Assembly: GCF_036321535.1 (NCBI RefSeq)
Contig: NC_087436.1
Coordinates: 5,084,001 to 5,148,000 of the forward strand
Source: Camelus dromedarius
Lineage: Eukaryota
Length of the DNA: 64,000 nucleotides
Reading direction: 5' to 3'
How positions within the stretch are numbered: position 1 is the stretch's first letter; every line of letters starts with the position of its first letter. Below, one piece after another: positions 49,221 to 62,782 of the stretch. A program made the position numbers and the translations under genes. A model generated the notes under the pieces. The model was not told the origin of the DNA. It made no database searches and was given only the letters and a program-made list of their open reading frames with translations.

Positions 49221-51309
49221 CTTCCATCTGTGATGCAGGTCGTTATGTTTTCATTAGTTTCACAGTACTGTTCCTGGGAACGAAGGTGACCAATAAAGAC
49301 CATCAGTAGAGACTCGATGTAGCCTTCTCTTTCAAGTAGCTGGAAAGGAATGTTGAGGAGAATCCATCTTTCAGTTAATCTACTGTTAATCCCATTAGCA
49401 TATGGGCTGGCAATAACTTGTTTACTGCTATTCACTTCCTCATTTTAGATTTCATGCCCCTAATCAAGCCCTATCCCGGCAAGTAAAAAATTTTAAAGGG
49501 CATTAATTTGCATGTTAAAGCCTGAAGAATTATCACAATGTAGAATAAGCCACAAATAAAAATACATAGTAGACATATATTTGTCAGGAAGAAAAGTAAG
49601 TCTAAAATCATAAGACATTGGGAAAACATTATGCAACAATTTGACCTTTCCCTCAGATGATAGCCTGACCTCAATTTTATTCTCTCTGATTAAAACTAGT
49701 GTCTTCCTGAAAGCTTATTTTCTGCTCTCCTGTTCTCTCCAAGTTGCTAGGTCAAGAGATAAACAATGAGACAAAGGGGAAAGTCTTCAGGGCTGAGATG
49801 CACGTCAGATCTTCCAAGAAACTCCAGAATTTACTGAGTCTGCAGGGTAGCTTTTGTGGTCTTTTCTGTGTGAAATCCAGACCTGTGTCAGCCTCCTAGG
49901 GTCTAAAGTACGCCTTCCTTGAAAGCCCTCAAGATTTATTTCCCCTAGCTTTGAATGAGTGAAAATGTGTTCCATTGAAACGTCCCGAGAAGTAACTGCA
50001 TTTGCTCTGGACCTTGTATTGTTTATAGGTCTGATGAAAGTGTTTGGCACTTAATGATCCCCAGACTATTTCAACTTAAAAAAAAAAAAAGAAAAGAAAA
50101 AGAAAGGAAGAAAAAATGATTGAAGCTGAATGTTCCGAATGCTAAAAATAAAATATGTGGTTTCTAAACACCTTACAAATAAATGAATGAATAAACTGCC
50201 TCCGTGTTACGAACAGTTCTCATGACTGATGACCTGCTCAGATGAGATGAAACCTGAGAGTAAGTGACAGAGAACAAGAGAGCCAGGCGGCCCTCTGAGT
50301 TCAAGTCTACGGCTATTAGCTCCAGTTTAATTGTCTTCCACTCCCTTAAAGTTCCCCCCAAATGCTAATACTCCCATGAAATCTCAGACCTTCGCTGCAG
50401 TCTGCCCACTCATCAACACTCCAAGAAGTAATATATTCTGCTCAACATCCAGTCAATTAGAAGCACCATGCATCACACATAGTAACGAATGGTAGGTTTT
50501 GAACAGCTACACGTATTTTTTGAAATTTATTATAATTGGAGAAAAAAGAACTTTTATGCTTTTCACAAAATCGTTTGGGGGAAAAAAACCAAAAAGTTGT
50601 TTATCCTTACCAGATGCCACTGATTTAAAATGGGCTTTGGGATATTTATATGATAAAGATGACAAATTACATGAGTATAACACTTGAATCTCTTTATTAC
50701 TAAAATTACGTTATTTCTGAACTATGGCTATTTCATACACATTCTGTTGAAGAATTTCATCATCTAAATATGTCCACAGAGGTAAAAAAAAAATCAGGCT
50801 TAATTGTAATACTAAAGTTTCCATTTTATTAAACAGGAAAGCCGATAGAATTTACCCAATTACTTTGTCAAAATTGCTTAAGTTTCAAAGGAGTTAAGAC
50901 AACAAAATTCTGGAGTATAATGTTACACTCCACATTCTTTCCATTCCATATTTTTTATTGCCCAAATTCAGAGAATTATAGAACTTTAAATGCACAGGCT
51001 ACAAGGGTTCAATATTTACTATTTGATAAGTGTCTGAAATGCAGTGAAAGCAAAACACACAGGATTTATCTGGGGCTCTTTCTAGTTGTTGGCTTTACCA
51101 AAGTTTGGTTTTCACTCCTCTCACTGTTCCTCTCTGTACGCCTCCTCCACCTCTGGGACCTCATATCCAATGAGCGTCTCTGTATTCTAGCTCAGTTTCT
51201 TTCAAGGTTCTCAATCCAACAGCGTCTCCAGAAATACCCTCCCCAGACAGTAAAGTATGGTCCAAAAGAACCTCTCCCTCCAGCTCTTCTGGTGCCAAAT
51301 ATCCTGATC

Positions 51310-51790
51310 AACTAGTTTAAGCAATTAGAGAATTTATCAGCTGCTTTAGGGAAATCCACATGGTTGTATAACCTGTGTGCACAGTTGGATTCAGAATTTT
51401 GAATGATGTCATTAGGAACCTCCCTATCATATATATCATTTATTTATATATATATATATCATTTATTTTATCATTTATTATTTATTTTTAGGCAGGTTCT
51501 GTCCACAAAGAGCAAAAACGGACCTGGAAGGTTCTAGCTTTGTATGGTACCGTCTACAATCACGGAAGGAGGAGACCCTTTCTCTTTCAGCATATATATA
51601 ATTTTCCCCAAAAGGGCCTAGATTAGTTCTGCTGGATTATGTGACCAAGCTAGACAGTCCCCAAGTTTACTGAGATGGGACTATGGTTAGTTAGCAAAGA
51701 CTGACTTCCCACTCCTATGCACGGAAGACGTCATGATTGATAATGTACCATTTGAGTGAGTGGCAGTTCACAAAAGGAAAAGAAGGGCCA
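51310..51790 (-). mobile_element. MLT1J/K-like MaLR LTR fragment with internal AT-rich simple repeat
   Basis: gttggattcagaattttgaatgatgtcattagga...ttttaggcaggttctg...ggattatgtgaccaagc. Confidence 0.55.
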
Positions 51791-51910
51791 TTCTTTTGTA
51801 TCCACCAAGGACTGAATTCACCATATTAGAAGTGTTTTTATTCTTTAAGGATTCTTAATAGCAAAAATATTTTCTAATAGTATGACTGGGATGCTGAAAA
51901 AATTATTTTA

Positions 51911-52057
51911 GAGGGGATGGTAGAGCTCAGTGGTAGATCTCATGCTTAGCATACATGAGGTCCTGGGTTCAGTCCCCAGTACCTCCATTACAATGAATAA
52001 ATAAACCTAATTACCTCCCCTCCAAAACTAAAAATAAGTAAAAAATTTTAAAAAGAA
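51911..52057 (+). mobile_element. Camelid-type SINE
   Basis: agagctcagtggtagatctcatgcttagcatacatgaggtcctgggttcagtccccagtacctcc; TSD-like aaaattat(t/g)tta on both sides. Confidence 0.93.
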
Positions 52058-52769
52058 GAAAAATTATGTTACTACAGGGTCCTTCCTGAATCCCCTTGAG
52101 GGTGACTCATCTTAATTTACTTTTTACTTTATGTCTGAGACAGCCTAGTTCCCAAGGTGTGCTGCTCCCTGAAAATATATATGCCTTTATTCCTTTCCAA
52201 AGGACACACAAGAAGTGAGTCAGCAGTCAAAGAACCAAAATATACACGTATTCCTAATGGACATTGTAATCCCTATAGACAAATTTACTGAGAAGTCCGT
52301 CCCCAGTTCCTTTCTGCAGTGTTGTTATAAGTAAAGGCATTCTCAGCAGATGTAGAATCACATTATTGTTGAAATAATCAGGTAAAAAGGAAAAGAAGTG
52401 GGAAGACCAGATTTTATTTTCTCTCCGAATGTAACTCTTCAGTCTCAACTCTGATACTCCTGATGAAAGATCACCTGAACTTCATTTGATAAAACTAGAC
52501 AGAATCTTGGAATTACCTCCCACAAAATTACCCTCAAGGCCTCTTTGAACCTGATGTAGTTTATACTGCATTCATTTCTTCACTAAAGGTAATATATTCC
52601 TGATCTTTCAGACATGTGACATCAGTAATATCTTACCCAATTTTTTTCTCCTAAAAGATTATGAAGTTTGGCATTTAACTATTTAGAATCTTAGATTTAA
52701 AAAAATACTACCTTATTGATAAATTAGCTCATTGAGCATGATTGTTGAGCTAGGATTAGAATGTGTTAT

Positions 52770-52948
52770 GGGGGGGATGGTACAGCTTAAGTGGGAGAGT
52801 GCATCCTTAACATACACAAGGTCCTGGGTTTAATCCCCAGTATCTCCTCTAAAAACAAATAAATAATTAAATTATATTTACTTATTACTAATTATCTCCT
52901 CCTTCAAAATAAAAAATAAATTAAAAAAATTTTTTTTTCAGAAAAGAA
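52770..52948 (+). mobile_element. Camelid-type SINE (diverged)
   Basis: ggtacagcttaagtgggagagtgcatccttaacatacacaaggtcctgggtttaatccccag; TSD aatgtgttatggg at 52760-52772 and 52949-52961. Confidence 0.9.
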
Positions 52949-52984
52949 AATGTGTTATGGGCAGCTGAATGCTCTACAGCTGCT

Positions 52985-55246
52985 CCTGCCCCACCCTGTG
53001 GGTGGCCTCAGTCAGCACTGGCTCCCCTCCAAGCAGCACCCACTCAGGGGAACCAGCCTCTCACACCTGCACACTTAGAACAGTCATGACTAGGTTTTGT
53101 GGGCAGTTGCGCTGGGGGCAAGCACCCACTGACCAGCATGCCCAGAGCAATCATGGCCCAAGGACATCAGGAGGGTGCACATGATACCCCCAGAGCACCT
53201 GGCTCTGGTGACCAGGGGGGACTGCATCACTGAGACCTACAGGACACCTTTACATAAGGCCACTCTTTAAAGACAGGAGGACATAGCTAATACACTGAAT
53301 GGATAGAAACAAAGTACTGTTAGACAAAGAGATTTAGGCAAAATGAGGAGACACAAGAATACCTTCCAAATGAAAGAAGTCAAAACCTCAGGAAAATAAC
53401 TAAGCAATTCAGAGATAAACAATTCACCAGGTAAAAAGTTAACTCATAAATGATGCTCACCAAATTGCAAAGAAAAACAGATGAACTCTTCAACAAAGAG
53501 ATACAAAATGTTAAAAAAAAAAATCAGACTGAAGAATACAAAATCTGAAATGGAACTAGACAGACTTGACAGGAGATTCCAAAATGCAGAACAGAACATC
53601 AGTCTGGAAGAGAGAGTAGTGGAACTCACTCGATCAGAATAGAAAAAGATAATATTAAAAATTGAGGGTAGTGTAAGGGACCTCTGGGGCAACATCAGGT
53701 TTACTAACTTTCACATTATAGGGCTCCCAGAGGGAGGAGAGAGAGAGAGAGAGGGACAGAAAAAACTATTTGAAGAAGTAATGGCTAAAACCTTGCCTAA
53801 CATGTCAGAGGAAACAGACATCCAGATCCAGGAAGCACAGAGACTCCCAAACAAGATAAACTCAAACAGATCTACACCAAGACACATTATAACTAAAATG
53901 TCAAAAGTTAAAGATAGGAAAAATCTTAAAAGCAGCAAGAGAAAAATAACTGGTTACTTAAAAGGGAAACCCTATAAGACTGTCAACTGATTTTTCAGCA
54001 GAAACTTTATAGGCCAAAGGGACTAGCATGATATATTCACAAAAAAGGACTAAAAAGTGAAAGAAAAAAAAAAAACTTACAACCAAGAATACTCTACACT
54101 TCAAGGTTACATTCAGAACTGAAGCAGAGACAGAGTTTCATACACAAGCAAAAGTTTATAAAGTTCATCACCAGTAGACTAGCCTTACAAGAAATGTTAA
54201 AAGGACTTCTTTTAACAGAAAAGAAAAGGCTAGAACTAGAAACCAAAAAATTATGAAGCGAGAATTCTAGCTGGTAGAGACAAACATGTATTAGAGGTAG
54301 TGGATCAACTACTACAAATTCAGAATGAAGGTTAAAAATTAAAAGTAGTGAAATCATCTATAGTTAAAATAACGAGTTAAGCAATACACAAAATAAACAG
54401 ATGTAAAATATGCCATCAAAATCATAAAACACGGCAGGGAGTAAAACTGTAGTGCTTTTAGGATGCTCTGGAACATAAGTGACCATCAACTTAAAACAGA
54501 CTGTGATATATGTAGGATGTTACATATGAATCGCGTGGTAACTGCAAACTGAAAACATACAACAGACACACAAAAATAAAGAGAAATGAATACAAACAAA
54601 GGAGTAAAGAAAGTCATCAAATCACATGGCAAGAGAGCAAGAGCAGAAAGGAACAGAGAAGAACTACAAAAACAACCAGAAGACAATTAACAAAATGGCA
54701 GTAAGTACACACCGATTCATAATTACTGCAAATGTAAATGGAACAAATGCTCCAAGTAAAAGACTTAGGACGTCTGACTGTATAAAAATAACTACACTCA
54801 TGTATGTGCTGCCTGCAAGAAACTCGCTTAGATCCAAAGCCTGGGTAGTGATACTTAGACAAAACAGACCTTAAAAAAAGACCGTTCGAAGAGAAAAGGA
54901 AAACATTACATAATGACGAAGAGAACAATCCAACAAGAGGATGTAACACTTGTAAATATTCACGCACTCAACACAGGAGCTCCTAAATATATAAAGCAAA
55001 TATTAACAGACATAAAGGCAGACACTGATGATACAGTAATAGTAAGGGACAGATTCTAGTGCAATAAATGAGCCACAGGGATGTAAGGTACAGCACAAGG
55101 TGCACAGTCAATATCACAAGAACTTTATATCATGGTGGATGGTGGCTGACTTATTGTGAGCATCAATTCATAATGTATGTAAATATCAAATCACGCTGTT
55201 GCACACCAGAAACTAATATTATATGTCAAGTGTACTTCAAAAAAAA
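52985..55246 (+). mobile_element. Older L1 (5' UTR part, decayed ORF1, inter-ORF, ORF2 EN start) fused to an L1MA9-like 3' end
   Basis: ORF1 start about 53343; MAKTLPNMSEETDIQIQEAQRLPNKINSNRSTPRHIITKMSKVKD is ORF1p. ORF2 start MAVSTHRFIITANVNGTNAPSKR at 54695. Jumps at about 55050 to a 3' end finishing acaccagaaactaatatt...tacttcaaaaaaaa. Many stops and frameshifts. Confidence 0.93.
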
Positions 55247-55599
55247 TTAGTCTGTAGCTGGAGCATCATAGAAAGATGCTGGGAATGACATATGACCATT
55301 ATAGAGCAAGTCATGCTGGGAATTCACTGGAAGATGATACAGTTAAAACATTTTAAAAATTAGATTATTACATTGGTGAGTTGAATGAATATAGAATGCT
55401 AAAACTTTTCAGTACTCTGCAAATTGTATGCACTGATAAATTGTGTGTTTATATTTCAAAAACTAATTTTTGAAATGTCAGAAGAGTGTTAAAACATCCC
55501 CAACCTCTCTAGACAGACACCCCATCTTTCTTTTCTGTAACCCCCTGAGTCCCCCACTTCTTTCCCTTTCTCCTGTGTTCCTATTTTCCTTTGTCCATG

Positions 55600-55626
<27 letters not shown>
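55600..55626. repeat. (CA)13 microsatellite
   Basis: Direct inspection. Confidence 0.97.
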
Positions 55627-55630
<4 letters not shown>

Positions 55631-56421
55631 AGGCAGGCTGGCTGGCATATGCAAACATGGATTTCCACTGTGCTTCATGGAAAACCTCTTTATATCACAT
55701 AGGATTTAGGACCCTATCCCTTGAGTGGCTCTGAATGAGGCCCAGATCTTGGTGTCACATAGGTTCAAAGCTCTGTGTGCAGCTTCCCAAGGGCATCAGT
55801 GTTTCCAATCTCTTCTATATTCCATTCTCTACATAGTTGTCAAAGCGCCCAGGTGAAAGAATGCGGCTGCAGTGCTCAGCCCTGGATTCTCCATAAAAAT
55901 ATTTAACCATGTGCTCAGTGCAGATGAAAACAAGAAGCTCTGGCAGCTATTGGGAAGCAAGTTGAAATGAGGCAGATCATAACTTTTAAAGAGTCCCTGG
56001 GACGCAGCCCTGAACAATGAAGCATACAACTGGGTGGTTGGAAACCACAGCCACAGGGGAAACTCTTTGCATTAAGGGAGCTTGTTCGTCTTTCTGAGCA
56101 AAGGCTTCAGGCTGTCTGGGTTTCCTAAAGAACAGAAATGTAAGTCTGCTCTTCAGATGGTAGAGGGAATGCTAAGTGAAGAGCGCATTGCATGTTTCCT
56201 ACTTTGTATCAGGTAAAGGTGCCATGTTTTTAACTATGTCTCTAGATCTTAATGATCAGTCGCATTTTCTCCTAAAGTTTAGGAGAAAGCACAACAGCAA
56301 ATAGCCTAAGACAAATCTGTCTGTGTGCGTGAGATGCACAGAGAAAGCATGCATGCACAGTAATGTCTAATATGGGGGGAAGGACAGAGGGGCTGGTCAG
56401 TCTACCGAAGTGAATGCTGTG

Positions 56422-56580
56422 TTTTTGTAACTGCAGTCCCGTCAGTTACAATGTGTCAGTTTCTGGTGTGCAGCCCCATGTCCCAGTCATGCATATACAT
56501 ACATATATTCATTTTCATATTCTTTTTCATTAAAGGTTATTACAAGATACTGGCGGAAAGGGGGTGGGAAGGAATATTTT
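56422..56580 (-). mobile_element. Short L1 3'-end fragment, probably with a ~25-nt inverted piece
   Basis: gtcagttacaatgtgtcagtttctggtgtgcagc...tattacaagatac followed by the sense L1 motif ggaaagggggtgggaagga. Confidence 0.85.
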
Positions 56581-57699
56581 AGATAATAAAAATGAGCCTC
56601 TTCAAGTATGAAGAATTTTGGAAATAAATAAGTTTTCCTTTTTATAACCAAAGTATGCTGTACATCACCACATTCAAAAGAGTGTTTAATATCATTTAAA
56701 ATTTTCTTAATGACAGATTGATATTAAAATCCATTTCAATGGCTAGAAATAGCTTTCAGTGCACTCTGGTGTCCTCCACTGCTACTCAGCATCAGTGATC
56801 TCGCTGTAGCATCCACATTGTCACCAGCATCACTGTGCTCACTGCTGGCCACCCCCGCCGCCTCCCTCCATTTCATCCTCCTCTTAGTGATGGGATGATA
56901 AACAAGGTCATGTAGCTGGTGCAACTGTCATTTAAGGAAACTTTCAAATCACAAACAATAAAACAGGCTAGTCATCCCGAAGGCAGCTTCCCCCTACTCT
57001 CCAACATACTGCCTATGAAAATTCCAAAAAAATGTGACACCCAGTGTGAAAACTAGGTTAGTCAATCCAGAAAAGGTTCCAGGTACCTCAAGGCAGGCTG
57101 GATGGAACCGAACACACGTAGAGGAAGGAGGGACCCCTTTACCTGTCTTTTCAGCTCTGCCCACTGGATCGGCTACACAAGGTACACACCAACCAGAAAC
57201 TCAGCAGCTGCCCTGCTGTCCAATAGATGTCACACTTGTCTTAATTCAGAATGCCCTTCTTGGTCACCTTAAACTCAATTCTAGCCCCCACTCCAATTCC
57301 CCAACACACATGCTCTTAAATATCTTCTTCCTCTTTGAGAGATCAAAGCTTAAAGGAGACATCTAGGTGAGAAGAGTGAAATGGGTTGGAGGAAGATGAC
57401 TGAGTGGTTGATGTCATCTTGGAATATGTTGGCCCTCAGTTAACGATTGTAGATAGAAGATTTAAAAATCCCAAAACGTGGCAGTGATACTTTGTATATA
57501 TTCCACTGTTTTGCAGCCTGATGGCTAGGTGGCAGACACGATTTTAGTGCCCTGAGAACCGGGCGAGGGGCTGAGCACAAGGACACGACAGCACTGGAAT
57601 AAACCCACGTGACATCAGTGAATCGAGGGCAGGAGCTGTCCAGACAGCTAGACGGTGGGAAACACTAGTTCTGGAGAGATCTCTGCTCATTCAAAGAAG

Positions 57700-60420
57700 A
57701 GTGAGAAACGGAAAACCATGTGGTCTTGGAAATTATTGCAGAGCAAGAAAAAGAGAACCTCTTTCTGAGGCTACATAGCCGAGAAGCCAGGAGAATTTCT
57801 AGGAAAAGTACAGCTTTCTCAGAAAAACACAAAATCAATTAACTCAAACCCCATGTAAAACAGGTACAAAGAACTTTTAAAAATGCTATTTTTTTTAAAA
57901 GATCTTATGTTTTGAAAGATCCTCAACCTATTAAAAGATCACAGTATCAACAATAAAACGTGTGTCGAAGGTAATAAACAGTAACACCAAGAATGAAAAT
58001 ACAGTCCTGATGTGAAGGGCAGGCAGGATAAATCTCTGAACGACACAGAGGACAAGGAGCCCAAGGAAAGGAAAGCAGTGGGTGAACATCCCTAAATGGG
58101 AAAGACAGAAGATGGAACCGGAAGTGGACAGAGTTGCGATGGAAGAAAGCACAGCATGAAAAGCAGAGGCGGAAACGGGAGACTTGATGAAGTCCAAAGT
58201 TCCTGCTCTAATAAACGACCGACGTAGATGAGAAAGGCTTCGTAGTCTTTGGCCATAAAGATCACAGAGACACGATATGTTCAGAAAGCGTGGTGTTAGA
58301 ACGATAAAGAAAAAAGTACTAAATGCATCCACTTTTTTTTAATTTAATAAAGATCAGGTAAGCCTTACTTTTTCCAAATGGTAAATGGCAGAAAAAATAA
58401 AAGATACATTTCTAGAGTTTGACGCAAAAAAAAAAAAAAAAAAAAAATTCCCCTAAATTGAATTTCCTGTCAAGTTATCCTTGGTGGGTTTGGGCCACAA
58501 GAAAAAAGAATAATTGCAAGTATGCACAATCTCAGAAGATGTAATGCTAACATGTATAGTTTGGAAGAAAATAACAGAAAACAGTATCTTAACAGCTAGA
58601 GATAATCAAACATAATTTTTAAACAGATAGGCCTCCTTACAAAAAGGCTGAGAGTAAATATTACATGTGGTTCAATGGCATATGAGTAAATTTGAAGTAT
58701 TTAAGCTTTTTCTAAAAACAAGATATATAACATAATAATATTTTAAGAAGAATCCAGGTTGGAATGTCTAGATTAATGCTCACAATTTCAAGTGATCAAG
58801 GGGTCTGGGATGGAAGGCAGATGAGGAAAGAGGTCCCGTTCTGATGACCAGGGAGGGGGTGGTGGGGGCAACACTGAGCCGGGGTAGGGCGTATCTGCCC
58901 CCCAGACCCCCTCACTCCACCACCCTGCAGTACAAGCCAGATCAGCACACTTCAAGAGAAGCCAGACATCTACACGTCACATTGCAATTTTTGTAATACA
59001 CACAGACAGTCCAACTATTGAAGAAAGCACCGGAGGGGGCCAAGCAAAACACACGTCTGAGATCTGAGCCACTGCTAAGCGGGTCTTAACCTAGACATGC
59101 AAACAAATCGGAAAGTCTTCGAATGACAAAAATAAATAAAGACCAGAGAGGGTAGGTGGGGTTTAGGGTGTAGGCGTGTCTTGCCTTTCTGGGAGAAAGA
59201 GGGTCCAAAACAAATATTTGATTGGAAAATTACTAATATAGAGAGTATGAGCGTTTCGAGACAAAAATATAGCAACAAAATGTTTAACTTTTAAATAATA
59301 GAATCAGATAAAGCAAACAAAACATTGCTAGACAACAATGCCCAGTTGTGCTGGCTGCACAATTCAAAGGGACACTAAAGTGTTAAAAATAAAATGGTGG
59401 TTAAAGTTGTTACGCAAATACTCCTGAGAAGCAGGCAGGAGAGGACAAAGATATCAAGAAACTAGAGCTGCAAGGTAGAGTGTAGTGAATAAATCAAAGT
59501 AGGCTACTTTATTTTGAAGTATGCTTTAATGAGCTTTAAACACAGACTAAAATAATGTTGCAAAATGCAATTATCAAAGGATAAATTAATAAAGATGCAA
59601 ATTTTGTAAGTAATTGTAGCTTTTAAAAAGCCTATATAAATACAAGCATTTGAGTAAATATTAATCCATAAAGAACACGTCAAGACATTGTATAAAGCAC
59701 AAATTTTGCAGACCATAATTCTGACTCTTAACATCACATGACTGAGTCAAAAAAGCTACCAAAACTCCAAATGTCGGTTATTTAGAAAGTTACAATGAAA
59801 ATATGCTTATTAAACATATGAGATGTGACAACAGTTGCAGGCAGTGGCAAATGCGTACCTCTAATGCAAATAAATACTAAATGAAATAAAGACCCAAAGT
59901 AAGAAAGAAAAATAAAAAGACTAAATAAAGTGGTGAAGATGAAGGAGGGGAAAAAATGAAGATGTTAGAATAGATTTTAAAGATGATTTTATCTTTTAAT
60001 TTAATTTTTAAAAATTAACCTTTTTTAAATTTTGGAGGATAATTAGGGTTTTGTTTGTCTATTTTGGAGGAGGTAATAGGGATTGAACCCAGGACTTCGT
60101 GCATGCTAGCACGCGCTCTACCACTGAGCTATACCCTCCCCACTAAAAGCTGATTTTAAAAACTCATAAAACCTAAGGGTCAGTCAAATCAAACCATGAG
60201 AGCCACATACACAATTTTGAGCGAAATAACTAACAAAGAGTTGTGGTTTAACATTGAAAAAGTAGTGGTTTGTGCAATTCTGTGCTAATTTGTTTGAAAT
60301 TCTTCATGAAATGTATGTATTTCTGACACATAACTTACCAAATAGTTGCATTTTCCAGCAGTTGACCCTCAGGATAAATACTCAGAAGAAAGCTAATTTT
60401 ACAGACAGAACACAAGAAGA
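57700..60420 (+). mobile_element. Very old fragmented L1 (L1M/L1ME-type ORF1-ORF2 remnants)
   Basis: A-rich strand; gaatttcctgtcaagttatcc (ORF1-like); caattctgtgctaatttgtttgaaattcttcatgaaatgtatgtatttctgacacataacttaccaaa resembles ORF2 QLYANKFENLDEMDKFLEKYNLPK. Confidence 0.55.
59994..60141 (-). mobile_element. Camelid-type SINE
   Basis: gggattgaacccaggacttcgtgcatgctagcacgcgctctaccactgagctataccctcccc; TSD-like aaag(a/c)tgatttta. Confidence 0.93.
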
Positions 60421-61112
60421 GTGCACGTCAGGAAATCCGCCCTCCTGTTCAGCCAGTTTCTGCGCGGTGACCTTGGCCAGGTCAACGCATCCCACTGTCC
60501 GCCCCTGCCCCCCACTCACTGAGCGCACTGGGGTCTCTTTCAGCATCAGAATTCCTCGATCTTCCCACGTGCTAATCCACAGATGGGCATGAGTGTGTGG
60601 AAAGGCAGCAAACCTAAAAGTAAGCGAAACCTCGAAGAACCATGATTACACTGCCCAGCTACACCCGTCCCTGATGCCTCGTGGGCGTCTTCATCCAGTG
60701 TCTGTCCCTAGTAGTTCAAACTCCCCAGCTAAGGAAAAATACACAAGCCAAAGCATTTCCTTCAATATTTTCTTCATTTCACTGGCTTGTCCTGGAATTC
60801 TTTCTTTTCTTATTGTTTCTTAAAATATATTTCTTTTCCCAAATAACCAGAAACTCATCTGTGGTCTTTTCTTCTTGAACTCCTGGGGGGTGGTTTCCAA
60901 CATGGAAGTCTCCCTCCCAAAGCATTCTTGGGTTTTGTGGCTTCTTTTCATACTGTTTTATAGAAAACAGCCAAAGTGGGCATCTGTGTTCCTTTCTCCC
61001 CAAACCTCTGCCTTTGTCTGAAATTCCTCTGTGGAGTTTCATATCATTTGGCATCTCTCTTTTTCAGTGTGGGTGACACTCTAAATCTTTTGTGATATCT
61101 GCAGAATTCATA

Positions 61113-61155
61113 TGTGTGTGTGTGTGTGTGTATGTGTGTGTGTGTGTGTGTGTGT
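61113..61155. repeat. Interrupted (TG)n microsatellite
   Basis: (TG)9 TA (TG)11 T by inspection. Confidence 0.95.
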
Positions 61156-61520
61156 ATAATTATAAATATATATATTCTACTCCACTCCAGCTGCCAATGC
61201 ATCAAATTGGTCATATTTTGAAATACCCTCTGGTTATAATTTGAGCTTAATAGGCTTTATAGGTAAATCTATTCAAGACATTTTTCTCAAAATTACTTTC
61301 CCAACTAATTGCAGGCCACTGTAATCACCACAAAGCAAACAGTAAGAAATAGAATTCCTCGTCCCTCAGTCTATGGAGGATGGGGTGGGGGGGTGGGGAG
61401 ATGGGGGAGCAGAGGAGGCTTAATCCAAATACACCAAGAACCTACCCCTAACTAATTTACCATTTTCACTCTTCCTATCATTTCCTCAAGTATTTTTTTT
61501 GGAGATGAATATTACATTTA

Positions 61521-62025
61521 TTTTTTTAAATATATATTTTACTGAAGTACAGTCAGTTTACAATGTTGTGTCCATTTTGGTGTACAGCACAATGCTTCAG
61601 TCATACAGGAACATACATATATTTGTTTTCATACTCTTTTTAACCATGTTACTACAAGGTATTGAATATAGTTCCCTGTGCTCTACAGTATAAACTTGTT
61701 GTTTATCTATTTTATATATAGTAGTTAGTATTTGCAAATTTAGAACTCCCAATTTATCCCTTCCTACCCATTTCCACCCCCCCCTCCCCTGGTAACCATA
61801 AGTTTGTTTTCTATGTCTTTGAGTCTGTTTCTGTTTTGTAGGTAAGTTCATTTGTCTTTTTTCTTTTCTTTTTTTTTTTTTTTTTTTTTAGATTCTACAT
61901 ATAAGTGATATATAGTATTTTTCTTTCTCTTTCTGGCTTACTTCACTAAGAATGACATTCTCCAGGTCCATCCACGTTGCTGCAAATGGCATTATTTTAT
62001 TATTTTTTATGGCTGAGTATTATTC
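61521..62025 (-). mobile_element. Young L1 3' UTR (non-inverted half of a 5'-inverted insertion)
   Basis: actgaagtacagtcagtttacaatgttgtg...gttgctgcaaatggcattattttattattttttatggctgagta. Confidence 0.95.
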
Positions 62026-62044
62026 GTCCTTTGTATTTACTGAG

Positions 62045-62782
62045 CTTAAATCTCAGGAAGAAGAAAGGAACAAAGAGGAAATACCAAGTCAACTGCAAAG
62101 ATAAGTTCAAAATGGCAATAAGCACACATCTATCATTAATTACTGTAAATGTTAATGGACTAAATGCTCCAGTCAAAAGACACAGAGTGGCAGACTGGAT
62201 AATAAAGCAAGAACCTTCAATATGCTGCATACGAGAGACCCACTTTAGGGAGAAGGACACATATAGATTGAGAGTGAAAGGGTGGAAAAGGATATTCCAT
62301 GCAAATGGAAAAGCCAGAAAAGCAGGTGTTGCAGTACTGATTTCAGACAAAATAGGCTTTAAAGCAAAGGCCATAAAGAAGGACATTTTATAATGATTAA
62401 AGGAGTGATACAAGATGAGGATATTACATTCGTTAATACATATGCATCCTATATAGGAGCACCTAAGTACATAAAACAATTACTAACAGAGATAAAGGGG
62501 GATATTGATGAGAATACAATCATAGTTGGAGATTTTAACACTGCATTAACATCACTAGACAGATCTGCCAGACAGAAAATAAATAAGGCAACAGAGAAAT
62601 TAAATACTACAATAGAAAAATTAGATTTGGTGGATATTTTCAGAACATTACACCCCCCAGAAATAGGATATACATTCTTTTCAAGTGCACATGAAACATT
62701 TTCTAGGATTGATCATGTACTTGGGCACAAAAGAAACCTCAACAATTTTAAGAAGATAGAAATTATCTCAAGCACCTTTACT
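62045..62782 (+). pseudogene. L1 ORF2 APE-like endonuclease domain remnant (frameshifted), inverted relative to the adjacent 3' UTR
   Basis: ATG at 62112: MAISTHLSLITVNVNGLNAPVKRHRVADWI...CCIRETH...AGVAVLISDK, then a second frame MIKGVIQDEDITFVNTYA...TIIVGDFNTALTSLDRS...YTFFSSAHETFSRIDHVLGHK...IEIISSTFT. Confidence 0.95.

Noticed and set aside
48610..49435. Protein-like minus-strand ORFs (101, 79 and 92 aa)
   Set aside because: No consistent splice or start context, partial overlap with the MER5-like element, and no family recognised.
62000..62479. 159-aa hydrophobic minus-strand ORF (also 53444-54967 and 57931-58332)
   Set aside because: Antisense reading of A-rich L1 sequence yields spurious F/L-rich ORFs.
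6594..62782. Using L1 orientation bias to infer the host gene strand
   Set aside because: About 8 antisense versus 5 sense copies is too small and mixed a sample.
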